A program made the position numbers and the translations under genes. Positions 23,523 through 36,402 of a stretch of DNA of 64,000 bases are shown in pieces. Position 1 is the first letter of the stretch, and every line of letters starts with the position of its first letter. The DNA is from Laetmonice hystrix (lineage: Eukaryota): assembly GCA_965235115.1 (NCBI GenBank), contig OZ249439.1:17236001-17300000 (forward strand), in the 5' to 3' direction. The notes beneath the pieces are model-generated. The model saw only the letters and a program-made list of their open reading frames with translations. It searched no databases and was not told the origin of the DNA.

Positions 23523-26500
23523 AACACAATTTTGTTTTCTTTTTCTATGTTTTAGTTGGTGATGAGTATTTAACCGGCCCGATTTCTCCATCACTATCCT
23601 TCTGAAGAAAAATAACTTAATAAGAAAACAGAACGTTACACATGATTATATTTTAACTATCCAAGTACCAAAAAGTCTCATATTTCAACTAGAGGAATTA
23701 ATTTCCGATCAGTTCCATCAAAGCTGCCCGGTCCATTTCAGATTTAAAGACAACGCTGCCAATGATTTTGCCCACGGGCTCTGTAATGGCACATCAACGC
23801 TCACTTTAACTGTCCCTTATTTGTAGTGGGTGAACAATGGAGACATGGCAACATTAATAATTCCCACTGGAGAATAGCCGCATTTGGGCGATAACCGAGG
23901 AGTCTGGCGAGCGTGGCCCGGCCTACGGCTAGCTACTGTCTTTAACCGTCATGTCAGGCGTGGCCTTCCTGACATGTGTCCTCGCCGAGACGCCGCTGAC
24001 ATCGGTGACAGTTTCGAGTGAGCGTTTGAAATTTTCCAGGCGACCTACGCCTCCCAGGTTTCCGCCTGGAAAAAAGGAGGATGACTAAAGCCTAGACTAT
24101 GTTAGTTTTCCCTCGGCCGGCGTTCGGGGTCCGCTTAACAATAGGAGGCGCGGGAAGGGAACGAGAAGTGAGTTGGGAATAGAAATGGGTTTGCTCGACT
24201 CCAATGATGCTAGGTCTTTGTTTCAATCCGGAGTCAGTCATCCCTAATTAACGGCCATGCAATAGACATGGGGAAATCAAAGAAACCTCTATCGTGCAGT
24301 GTACGCGGCTCAATTTCACTCCGACCAAGCTGACTGTAATTAACTACTCCGGCAGTAAAAAGGTCCACAGTCATGTATTAATGCGCTGTCTATTCCTAGA
24401 GGCAATACCAGCTTCATTTGGCTACTAATCCAACCAGTATAGGATTAGTACCATTTTAAATACTAACCTACGTATGTGACCTACAATATGTATTAGAGGT
24501 TACTAGGAATACCACTTGGCTCGTCTACTGATTGTTACAAGTAGAAATCTGAACCTTTAACCTGCATACTGCTATCGAGGGAGTTCCGTGCCTCCATGAT
24601 TAGAGACCTCGGTGGCCAGTCGAGGTGCTGTTGGTGTGGCATGAGGGCAGGCGATGACACACGCCTCAACCGCTCACCGCCGCATCAAACACCACATCCG
24701 GAAATGGCCATCCCCGTGTTATGTCACTGTGCATACCCATCAGTTTACTCTAGCTTCCACCGTGGCAGACCTAAGTTTGTGTCCACTTCTGACCCAATCA
24801 TTGGTTTGTCCAATTGTTGAACCACGCAGACAGTAACGCCACTGCGTCTATTAATGGTTGGGTTTCAGCAAAAAGGTACTTCCGGGTGTTTGGTCACGCG
24901 ACATTTATATTACTGTCATTTGTTAATAACAATAGTACAAATTGACCGGGAATGGAGTTCTCACGAAAACGATGAGCAAGATGTCACTACGGCTTATCGC
25001 AAAGTCATGCCTACTAAATTGTGAATAAAAGTGACGATGGGCGAACGATGGAGTAGGTTGGCTCTAGATGATGGGGTATAAACTTAAAATAACAGCAGGT
25101 GTGATAAGACTCAAATTACTGCAATTATTTCCCTTAGTCTAAGTACACATTTGCATGATCGTAATGGAGACTACAATAATGATGCTCATCGCCATCTTAA
25201 TGATAAAAACCTCCTCCTAGACAGCTCGGTTTGTATTCTGCTATAATATCCCTACATCAGGAAATGTGCTTCCCGAACCCCTATAAGAATTAGGAGGGAG
25301 GAGTGAGGATCCTGCCGAGGCTGGCACTCAGAGTTAGTGAGAGGAGAGACAGTCGAACCCCGTTTTGTTTGCCGACACGAGGTGGGGCGGATCGGCAGGT
25401 TGATCTACCGGGAGTTGGATGGTGGCTGAGTTCTGACACTAGGCTGAGACGTGAAGCGGAGGACCGATTGGATTGGCTAATGGGAGGGAGAAGAGAGAAA
25501 AGAGGGGCGGGAGGCATAGGATGGGGGGACGGGAGGAGGGTGGGGGTGAGTTCTAGGGTAATGAGCCGGGGAGCAGGGAACTGGAGCCAGACTTGGTGGC
25601 GCTTACAAGTAATTACCGGAACCCGTCTTGTGCCGACAGTTACTTGTCCGAGTTGGACCTGTGCCAGTTGAAATAATTCTGATTGGGTCTGTTCCTACTC
25701 CTGTCTCCGCCTTATGAGATTACATTTCTTCTCTAGCTTCTGGATAGCAACCTGTCAACTTAGACTTTAATGCACGGCTGTATAAGCATAGCTCATTATT
25801 CTTTCCATCTTTAAAACCGTATACTCGTTGTGGATTAATATACTATGCAAAACTCCGCAAAACATACATAATGTACTATAAGCACAACGTACGTATTACT
25901 TGTGTACGTACGTACGAACTTGAAAACTTTTCACTCTGTCTGTCGAAGTTCCCCACCCCATCACCGACCACATTCATCTTTCCCACGCTAGATGAGGTCT
26001 GACCTATCAAGCCCCGTGGATATAACGTAAGGCCAGTGACAGTCCGACGTCAAGCGATCGGAGTAAAATGTCTAAATGAAGAATTGTAATTATATTGGAA
26101 TTTGCCAAACGTATTCACCCGAGAAGGTGGTTTGGCAGGCCACAGTACAAGCCCAATATCTATTGTAAGCCAGCACCTGTCAGACTGATCGCATCTCTCG
26201 CATTATCTAGTAATCTCAGATATCATCAGTGTTGCAAGATGTCTCATGAAGCCATGCAGCCGAGCCAGCGCAAGTCACCAACATCCGTTTCCCGCCGAAA
26301 TGCGATTATGGAATCAGACGGTAGCGTTCATGGCGTGGCCCTCATTGAAAGCTTCCAGGAGACCGCCACCTACGGAATGAGTCAAGGTTAGGAGTGGGGT
26401 GGGGGAGGGGGTGTTATGGAGAATCATGAGCGGTCAAATGAGACAGCGTGTGGGTGGCTAATTGGTCTGGCGCCACATAGAGAAGTCGAAATCAATCGAC

Positions 26501-29500
26501 CGACTAACGGGAGCGGCTGTACACATGGATGCTTGCAGCACCAACGACAAGCAGCCGCAGCGCTTCAAATGAAATATTAATTCCTGACAGCTCCGTCCTC
26601 CATCCCCTTTGAATGCGAGAAAAGGTGTTTGTAATTCAACACCGTCACGTGTGTGGCTGCAATGGGACATCAGAGTGGTTACGACAGACGCTCTGATTAG
26701 CTGAGAGTTGAACTCATAGCGTGATGGCCACAAAATGTGGTGTTCACACTCACCTATTGTCCTCTGTGATAGCGGCCGTTTGAATGCTGAGCCAGGGATA
26801 AAACATATCCATTATAGAGGTGTCGAAAAGTGACGGTTGTATCAGGTACCGAATGCTTACACCTTCTCCACGACACCGTCATTTATCGCACGTTTGGCGT
26901 AGTACACCATTCTTTTACCAACTCGCTATAAAATTGAAATACGTTTCTGGATTTTAGATTTTTATTTGTGCTACCATAAGCTGCTTGAAATTCACCCACC
27001 TCATCTATCAACCCCACCTTCTGACCGAGGTCAGAACACGAGAATGAGGGCAAACAATTGGGTCAAAACTGAATCCTTGTCAACATTCGTCTAATTATAG
27101 TACCCACGTATAACATCGGCTGTATAAAATTACGTTCATACATCAAATTTACTTTTTTTATCTTTCCCCTCCAGCTGATCTAATTATTATGCATCTGTCT
27201 TTGCTCTATGTTTTCAATGCTTAATAGTTTATTGTTCTACATAAATCTTAGAGAGGTACAGGCTGGGCATAAAAAAGCTTCTGGAAGTCACAGGAGTATA
27301 AGCACCTTGATATTCTTGAGAGCTATTAAACATTTCAAGTTGATATCTCAAATAGTCCTTATATCAGACAAAAAAAAGTCTGTCCATGTGACCACCTGTT
27401 CATGTAAAACCAGGTTGGACGTTATTACAACTAAGTCTGGAACAGCAATTTTTGAGACCCTGTTTTAACTTTGGTCTGTAAGGACTATTTGAAATATCAA
27501 CTTGAAAATTTTATCTTAACACATTAACATATATTATTCGCTTTGGTGTTATCCCTTCGACTTTTCTTAGGTTTCTTTTTTTAAACGGTTCGAATCCCCT
27601 GTTTCATTATCATTCCATCTCTTTCCCACACGGTGTTAAGTCATCGCTCCTTCTCTTCTAACTGTCTGAGTAAAGATGACTTAGCGGGAGCTACATTCGG
27701 TTAAATGGCGTACGGGGGCAGTTTAATGGTTTCTGAGATTAGGATAATCTGCCTGAGCGAGTCCACGACATTTTGGCTCCATTGTGGCCGAAGTTTTTCC
27801 TCATAACTTAGCGTTCACTTCCGGACCGACCCACATTGGGCATTAAGGTAGCGGGGAGTGGCGTCTCGGTGGCGCCAACGGTCCCCGGACAAGGTCAAAT
27901 ATTAAGTGGGAACCTAATGGCAAATACTTTCAACACCATGCCAGGAGAACCATTTGCTTTCTGTGCTACGCATGAAACATTTGTGTGATTATCGAATGCC
28001 AAAACGAGTTTGTCGTGGTGGATTTGATATTCGCGGTGAAAAGAAGCAATCTGAGGGTTAAATACAGGGTAAAAATGATCAAATACATGGCCACAGAGCA
28101 GTAGCTATGTATTGAAGTCACCGATAGTTACTAACGCTGTATAGTCAAGTATTTACGCCCACATCATGGTCTTGGTTACAAGAACCATGTTTCAGTACGG
28201 ATAGCGGTACATTCAAAAGTTCCGTGTGGCGTCATAACTTTTTTTGCACAAGCACGCGGAATTCTTTAGACAACTCGAGTCTACAATACAATGGAGTCAT
28301 AGGCGCTTCCTCACCCCGCGCAGGAATAGTTCCTAATTATAACAAAGAATGATCATGAGGCATTCCAGCCATTAGTGAAATGGAAAAAGAGGTTCAGGTC
28401 TATTTTCCTATCGGAGGTGTTCATTGTAGCTGCACATATTTAGGCCATTACAAAAATTACCCCCCCCCCCGGAGGCCCTCTCATTGTGCGTTTTGGATGA
28501 CGTAGACGGGGCTTGCTCCCTCAATCACCTACCTCCCCCTTCCCCAACCCACGGATGCCCCCTATCTGCAGGCCACTGGGGTCAACGCGCTGTCTAGGAA
28601 TCAATTGAGATTGCTTTGATTTCAGATCTAATAAATATAATCAATTGTAATGGACTTATTCCGGACAGTCCAGCAGGATCCTGTGATGCACATTGGCTGG
28701 CCTTGATGGTTATGGCGTCATCAGTGCTGCCACCGTGTCACCACTGACACCGTAATGACACAACCCTGACCGGAAGTGACCCAGATAGACAAATAGTCGG
28801 TCAATGATTAATGAGGAGATGGGTTATGAGACGGGCGGGTCAGTTGAATGGACACCACATTTGATCGCACCATCACAGGGGTATATATACGACAAGGATA
28901 GATTTACGATGAGATATATGACTATTACCATTATCCGTGCCCATGGATACCGATCACCCCCCACCACATCCCTGGTTCGCGCTTTGGTAACAAAGGACAG
29001 ACAATTCAAGAACACACAGTAAAAGTAGAGGAAGCTGCTATCCAAATCAGACATTTAGTTCAAACGTTACAAGCTGCTGTCAGGTCCGTTTTCTCGGAGA
29101 GTACCAGCACCATCCTAGGACTTGATGCGAAGAGGTGCTCTTTAACAGACTCCCTCCCGTCAGGTCAGGGGGAGGGAGCAGGCCCAAGTAACTAGCAGTC
29201 AATCCGACAGCCATTAGAAGCGTCTGTTTAAGTGGCGTCAATTAGCGTCAGACTGCCCCCTGACAAACGACGCGTTCTTGAGCGAGCAGTAGAGCCGGTT
29301 GTAAGTGAGTGACAGTCAGTTTCCTATCTCATTCCTGAAGTAGTCCCACATAAAAAAAAGTCGAGTCCCAATTACAGGGCGACTCTGTAATTATTTATAT
29401 TCGAACGCCATAAAACGCGATAATCACTTGCTTCGACAAGTGAGAGACAGTCCGGAAGTCATAGGTGGCGTCACTTTATATCTGTGTCTGTCTCCGTTAA

Positions 29501-31490
29501 CACTTTCCTTTTCTTTGTGTATCTCATTTGTCTCTGTATTTCTATGTCCATGTATGTTTACATGAACCTGAGTGGTTAAAAGTGCGATTGGTCTCATTAT
29601 AATAACGGGATATATCATCCTTCATTCGGGCAAAACAAGATATGGGCAACTCAGATACAATTCAGGAAATCTACAGCCACCCCTTGCAGCCCTCAAAAAC
29701 ATCGGGCCTTGCGTGTGCGATTGTGTTAAACGACCGACAACTTGCTGCGTTGTGTCGGGGGGAGGGGAGGGTAGCTGTCGTGCGGACACAGCGGGAGCGC
29801 ATCCCCATGAATTCAGTGATGCCCTTTCCTATAACCCCCTCACCGTATACAGGTAGGCGGATGTCACGCACAGCCATCAGACAAAAAGATGCTCACGCTG
29901 ATCCCTCACCGCCCGTAGCCAGGCCCCGTCGTGTGAGTCATCACTGGTCCCACCCCGGCCTAATAGGCCCGTCGAAAGCTGACAACAGACGGCTTGATAC
30001 ACGTGACAGACCATCGCCGTGCGCTCTGCTCAACCTAGCGGGGTTGGCTTGCGGGAGGTCTTTGACAACAAAAGCATGCCGTAAACACCAAAGGTGTAAC
30101 ATTATTGGTTCAAGTAACCAAATATAGTGCTAGATTAACGTTTTGTCCCAAGTTTATCGCACCACTACCTGGGCAATGCTATAGATGTCGTTTCCCTGAC
30201 TAACTCGCAAGTTTGAGGGTTTTGCATAACTTCGTGCTTGTCAATCTTGGGAAAGTAGACTCTCCCCTACTTTCGAAAAGAAATACAAGCCGCTGCCTCA
30301 AACCAACCCTCATTCAGTCATAAGGGATTTGCGAGGTAACAATACTTTTCCCTTGGCACTGACAGGACAAAACAGAAAGTGACCGTGTGAGATCATGAAA
30401 TCCATTATTGTTGAAATCTGGTTTCTGCTTGCAGGCTCTGGAGAACGTTGGTGGATTCAGTTACGTTCTCTTCAATTTTTATCAGATCATCACGAGGATA
30501 TTAAAGTTCTCCCAATACAATGTGCAGCATTAAGTCCATGTATTTCAAAATGAAATTTATTTCTGCGGTATTGCTTCGACTTTAAACAAATAATGGGTCA
30601 AATTATTTTGGCAATATGTGCTCAAGGCAAAAGAGTAGAGCGTTTCTTAACGAAATTGTTCTGTCATTAATGTAATTCAGTTAGTTGCATAATTATTTTG
30701 AAAATTACTAGCCAGCAAAAAAAAAAAAATCGCAGCTAGGAGCAAGTCTTTTTGCGTTGTTGACTCTTGTCGCGGTTGGCGCCAGTGAGGCGCCACGCGG
30801 AAACCCAGGAAGGTCGCGCGCACAATGACGAGCATGACCAGTGGCAGACGACACATCCAGATCGTTTCCCGCCATTTTCCTACGATTGGCTCCGGTCAAC
30901 ACGCCGGTCAACCTGCACCTTACAGTTCCAATGCCGTTTATTCGTCTCAAGCATAATGAGAGAACACCTATGTATATGAACGTAAGAAACACAAATATGA
31001 ATAAAATAATACCATTCAAAGCCTGGGAAAAGTGACGTCGACTTCGATAAATGGTCTGGCTGGCAATCGTGAATCATTGACATAAAAAGATCTTACAAAA
31101 AAGCAAACAAACGAAAAAGCGTTCTTGAACAATAGGTTCAACATTATCACAGTGCACTAAACTAATATGCTCAGTTTGTTGTGATCAGCATTAACCCCGT
31201 TTATTTGGAGTGTAATCGGAAGCTTGCATGAACTCTCAAATTCCAATCGTTATGAGCTATTGAAGCCATGGAAATGTCCCCTGGAGATACCACAAAAGTT
31301 AAGTGATCATGTTTCGACCTGGCAGGGAACGCCACATTCATATTCCGCAGGTTCGTTCTGCGTGTTAATCTCCATCGCTGGCGGGGTGCAGCAGCGATAC
31401 AATAAATATAATGGAGAAGCTACAAATCCTTACAGAGAATTCTGACACTTTCTACGGTGGCTGGGAAAGGACATCATAATTTTTTGTTCA

Positions 31491-31590
31491 TAACTCGAGC
31501 GCTCAACTTACTGTAACTCGAGCGCTCGACTTGTAATTCGGGCGCTCGACTTATAAGTCGAGCGCCTGACTTATAACTCGAGCGCTCGAG
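31491..31590. repeat. About five degenerate 20-24 bp units built on the palindrome tcgagcgctcga
   Basis: Read directly. Perfect 14-bp palindrome ctcgagcgctcgag at 31577-31590. Confidence 0.85.
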
Positions 31591-33214
31591 AATTGTTCCC
31601 ATCAAATTGTATTTGACTATCCTTGCTTTCCCGAGAACTTTTGGCGGTTTACCAGTGGGGCGAAACAAGAGCACATCTCGTTACCAGTGCCTTCACCACT
31701 TTGCTTTGTATTTCGCCAGTGCCAAGGGGCGCACGGCTATATCCCGAAATCCCAGCCACGTATAGCCCCAACGTCGGACGGCATGCCGCTATTGATGGCG
31801 GCAGAACGAGTTGTTACGCACCCATCATAACTTTCAGCACAATGACACGGAACACAAAGTAAAGACACTGATGGAAAGCAAAGGTGAATAGTTACGAACA
31901 CGCGTGCACGTGTATTGGAATTGACAAAGAATACCTTTGGTGTACTGTGAGAATGTGACTGAAAATTAGAAGGGTGCCCTTCGCCTGGAATTCTAGTTAA
32001 GCCTGGGAATGGCGGGGTGGGAGGACGGGTGACGCAGTCCAGGCGTGGTCAGGGCGGCAACCCCTTGCCCCAGGGCTTGCGCCCCCTGAGCTCTGCCTGC
32101 CACTGGACGCCTGACATAAAGGTCATAATCTACTTACGGCAGAATGACGAGATGGATTCATAAATGCAAATCCACGACGCTGTTTTACAAAGACAGAAAA
32201 TTACATTATCCCGTGTTATTGTATTGTCTTGCTAATGAGTGGCATACATTACCATGAGGCCACGCCCCGCCGTCTGTGCACCCTGCTCCTGCTGCTACTC
32301 AGCCCTTGAACTCGGGTCACGATGGGGCATACCGGGAAAGTTTCACGGTCGGCCTAGAATTGGCTCTTAGGCTACAGCTCTGAGCTTTCCTGAACTGACC
32401 TTCTGTTGACTTGGATCTACCATCCTGCTGCAGTAGGCCTTATAGTAGGCCTACTCTACGATTGAATCCAGGAAAGGGATCCCCATAACCTTCTGAAGTA
32501 TTGAGTGCAATGTTCTGTCCCGAACATGAATAACAAAAACGTCTGGTCCCCTTATTATTTACTTTTGTTGAGGCAGAACTAGAATCACATGACCGTTGGT
32601 AGCCTATTCCCTCTGCTGATGGCGACTACAGCCTGACCTTGCCTCTGTGACGACACTCAGTCAAAGCCTGACCATGCACACGAAATTTTGCAGCATGAGC
32701 CCATAATTTTATGGAGCACTATTTTCCCTAAATTATGACCATTCCTGACCAAGTCTGAGTATTTGGAGACAAAAACTCTGAATCCGCTACATTGCCCTGT
32801 GGCGAGCGTTTATTTTACATTTTGATCGGGAGCCAAGCAGAGTTAACAGGGCATGGGAAGATGTCAAGTCGAGTCGCATTGCATATCACACCGGTCAGTA
32901 ATTATAGTCCCCAGGGTGGAACATGGCTGTGGCTTTCTCTTCATAGCTATAGTTTCTGATGGTTGGAAATAACAAGAGCATGAATCATAAGGGGTCCGAC
33001 CCCCTTCTCCTAAAACATGATCCCCTTTTTTTCTTATCGCAACACTAGACCTCGGCCTAACTACAACAGCGACTTCTGCAAGTAATATCCGGTGCGTGGC
33101 GGTGGAGTGTAGGCTATGTCCTTACTTGGGGGCTAGGCCTAGGCCTAGTCCTTACCTAATAGGAGCTTGTTGCCTTTCCTGTGGCAAAAATGGGTGATTC
33201 TTCAACTTCTTGTG

Positions 33215-33500
33215 CAGGGCCGGATCCAGGATTCTTAGAAAGGGGGGGGGGGCGTAGCCCCTGGAGAAGATTGCGAGCGCCGAAGGCGCAAAGCCCTAGG
33301 GGGGTCTGGGGGACCTCCCCCCGAAAAATTTGAAAATTCATGTTTGTCAGATGCATTTTCCCGGCATCTGAGAAAAGAACTGTTCCTTTTTTTTCAGGGG
33401 GCAAAGTACTGGTAAAATTCCAGTCTCAAAAAATCATTACTCTGCCAAAAATAGGGGGGGGGGGCGTACGCCCCCCACGCCCCCCTTGGATCCGGCCCTG
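33215..33500. mobile_element. MITE with 14-bp TIR and 5-bp TSD (hAT5-like)
   Basis: Perfect TIRs cagggccggatcca / tggatccggccctg. TTGTG duplicated at both flanks. Confidence 0.85.
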
Positions 33501-34005
33501 TTGTGCTAAACCTCTGAAAGAAAGCATTGTGCAATGATTAGGCCATAGCCTAGGCAGTGGCATGAGGGGCAGGCTTCCATTTTGTAGGACGTGACCTAGG
33601 CCTAATTTGCCCTTTTTATGCTGGACCCCCCTAGGACACCCCCCCCCCCCTGAATATAGACCCTAGAGCTACCGTACATAGGCTACCGATGCCTGCCTCA
33701 TGTATAGGCCTACATTGTATCCCCAATAGGCCTATTCGGACGGCGAAAGAACGTCTTTTTGCAATAAATCAATACTTTTCACTCAAACTACACGGCCCTG
33801 TTTCAAGTTCAAATGATACTCAGCAACTAAACATGCCACCTTGCGCGACGTTTCACCAGGGTCACTGGTGCTGGCATCTGGCGAGGAAAACTCGAAGCGA
33901 GACCCGGCCACACAAAGCACAAAGAATAAATGACTGAGTGAATGAATGAATGAATAAATGTTTAGAAAACAAACAAAAACATGTAGTATTGTGAAAATAC
34001 CTTTC

Positions 34006-34011
34006 TTTATT
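34006..34011 (-). terminator. Candidate poly(A) signal of SLC36 (3' UTR up to about 2.4 kb)
   Basis: AATAAA on the minus strand followed by a T/GT-rich tract (33960-33990). Other AATAAA hexamers also occur in 34.1-36.1 kb, so the site actually used is uncertain. Confidence 0.4.
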
Positions 34012-36402
34012 GCCATTTTGATTGCATAAAAATTCACCAAAGCAGCCTTATAATTAATTCTCGATAGCACAGACTTTTTGGAAATAAAATAAAACTTGCA
34101 GTACCTAGATCTATAGGCCCTAAAGATCTGACAAGTTATTGGTGTCTCATAACTTCCTCAAACACGAATTTATTTCATGCGGCCAACGTAGACATACGAT
34201 ACGTCTTAGTAATATAAAATCACTTACACATGTAATTAAATCTGGTTCAGATTTTGGTTCAAGTTATATAAAATTATAATGAAGCAATTGAAGCATTGTT
34301 CAAACGATAAGAATGAGGTACAATTCATAAACATTATTCAATCCAAGCCAGTGTATAGGAATAACAAATAATTACTAAAATATAATGAAAACATGTTTTC
34401 CACTGAAAATTGTGGATTTTGTGCGTGTACCATCAGTATAGTGCAAAGGTGACACAGGAAAAACATACTTTCCCCGTGTTACTTGTTCGGGAGATTTACC
34501 CATTTGACAAATAAACCAGTACAGAGAACGTTAAAATGAATCAAGTTTTCCTCTTCAAATTTTACCGAAGTCAAAATTCAAGGACAAATATGTTCTAAAA
34601 AATGTTTGAAAATTTACAGTAATCCCGTAATCCCACACCTGCACCATTACTAACATCCGCCTTCTAAAAGATAATGTGTGTCGAAGTCCATCAAATAATC
34701 TACCTACTAATTACATGCATAAAATGAAGTCCCCTAAATCTTGAGGATAAAATTTAAAAATTTTGATTCCCCAATCTTGAAAGAGTGGCACAAGTTTTTT
34801 TGTGTTCGACGGCTCAGGCCCATACACATGTACCGGCATTGCACATTATTTTCTTGTAGACACTTTCGATCTGACTCTGTGTCTCCTAATTACAGTTCTG
34901 TAAATCTATTATCTACATGTATTAAGGTTAACCGTAAGGACTAAACTTCAATTGGTGTAATTTTTAAATGCTAATTGAAAACTACGCTTTTAAAAGATAA
35001 CCGTTCCATTATAGTAAGACTTTTAAGACGCGGCAAACCACTGACTCGGCTTGACAGAGCCCACTATGGAGGAGATTGGTCACACCTAACCATTCCTCCA
35101 CAGCCGAGATATAGTCCCAGTAAACATCACCGTGCCTGTCCTACTCTTCTCTACAAACAAATATACATTCAGAAATCTGCATTTATTGACCCTAGGGGCG
35201 GTAGCCGAGAGGACTTGGGACTCTTAGATCTACGTTTGGCGTTTCATTACAAGTAGTTGTCAAATTCTCAAGTTAGTTGTTACAGCCAAGCTGCTGATAG
35301 CATACATGTCTTGATAATATTATCACAGTTTACAAGTATCTCATTGTTCCCAACACCATTCTATTTTTAGTCTCCTATTTGACAGCAACGTGCTCTCTAT
35401 AATGAATATATTGTTTGCCCCAAGCATCTTTTTCTTCCAGGTTTATTTCAGCTTGAAAATGCAACCAGCCTAGAATTATTTACATAGTAAAAAGACGGCA
35501 GAGGCATAGATTTAATCCTATTCCGTTAATTATTGAATTTTATCCATATTACCGGTACATGGACTGTATCGGTTATAATCAAGTGCGCACCAATTAATGA
35601 TATTTTTGTCTCCAAACAAAAAAAAACTCCTGCTGCAACTTCAACCCTCCCAACCCTGCTTTCAAAAGACTGTAGCAGACTGATCAACAGTATAGATTTG
35701 ACCCATCCAGGTAGGGGGCCGATCTGAGGTCATAGTTCACCTGAAGATAAAGTCGAACTTTGTTTTATTTTACTACCTTCGATAACAATAATCCATTCTG
35801 GTCCATTGTGACAAACCAATCTGAATACAATATCCAATAATAGTAATTGTTGAAGTGCTCGAACCCCTTCAACGTTATCAGGAAAGAATTCTAGATGGAC
35901 ACAGGATTCTGGCATAAAGTAGTAGAGCACATGTACAGTAACAGGTTTCATAAGAAATCGTTTCACGCACCCCATTCCTCTAACCCATTTCTGCTGATGA
36001 GAAAAATAGATTTGCCACTATAGAATCATGACGACTCTCACCGACTCTCACTGCCACTGACCTTACCAGTGATTCTTAAACAAAATACTCCGCTCAGGAA
36101 ATATTTATTTACTCTTACCACTACATTGTCTATTATGAACATGATATAGGCAGCTCTGAACAAAAATATAATCCGTAAGAGAGTTCAGAGATATTTTCAG
36201 TAATAACATAATAAAATATAATATGTTTCCTCATGCATTTTAAGCACATCTCAAACAAGAGCATCAATATACTTAATATAATAATGATACTGTAAATTAT
36301 CTAAAACTTTAATCATGCAACTATCGTACACTAATTGACAGATACTCAACAACTTTTGACTCCTCTAGATGCATCATTATAAACAAAGACTGTTAAGGAG
36401 TC

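Noticed and set aside
27587-27598. tRNA gene (GGTTCGAATCCC B-box)
   Set aside because: No A-box or cloverleaf can be built from the T-rich upstream sequence.
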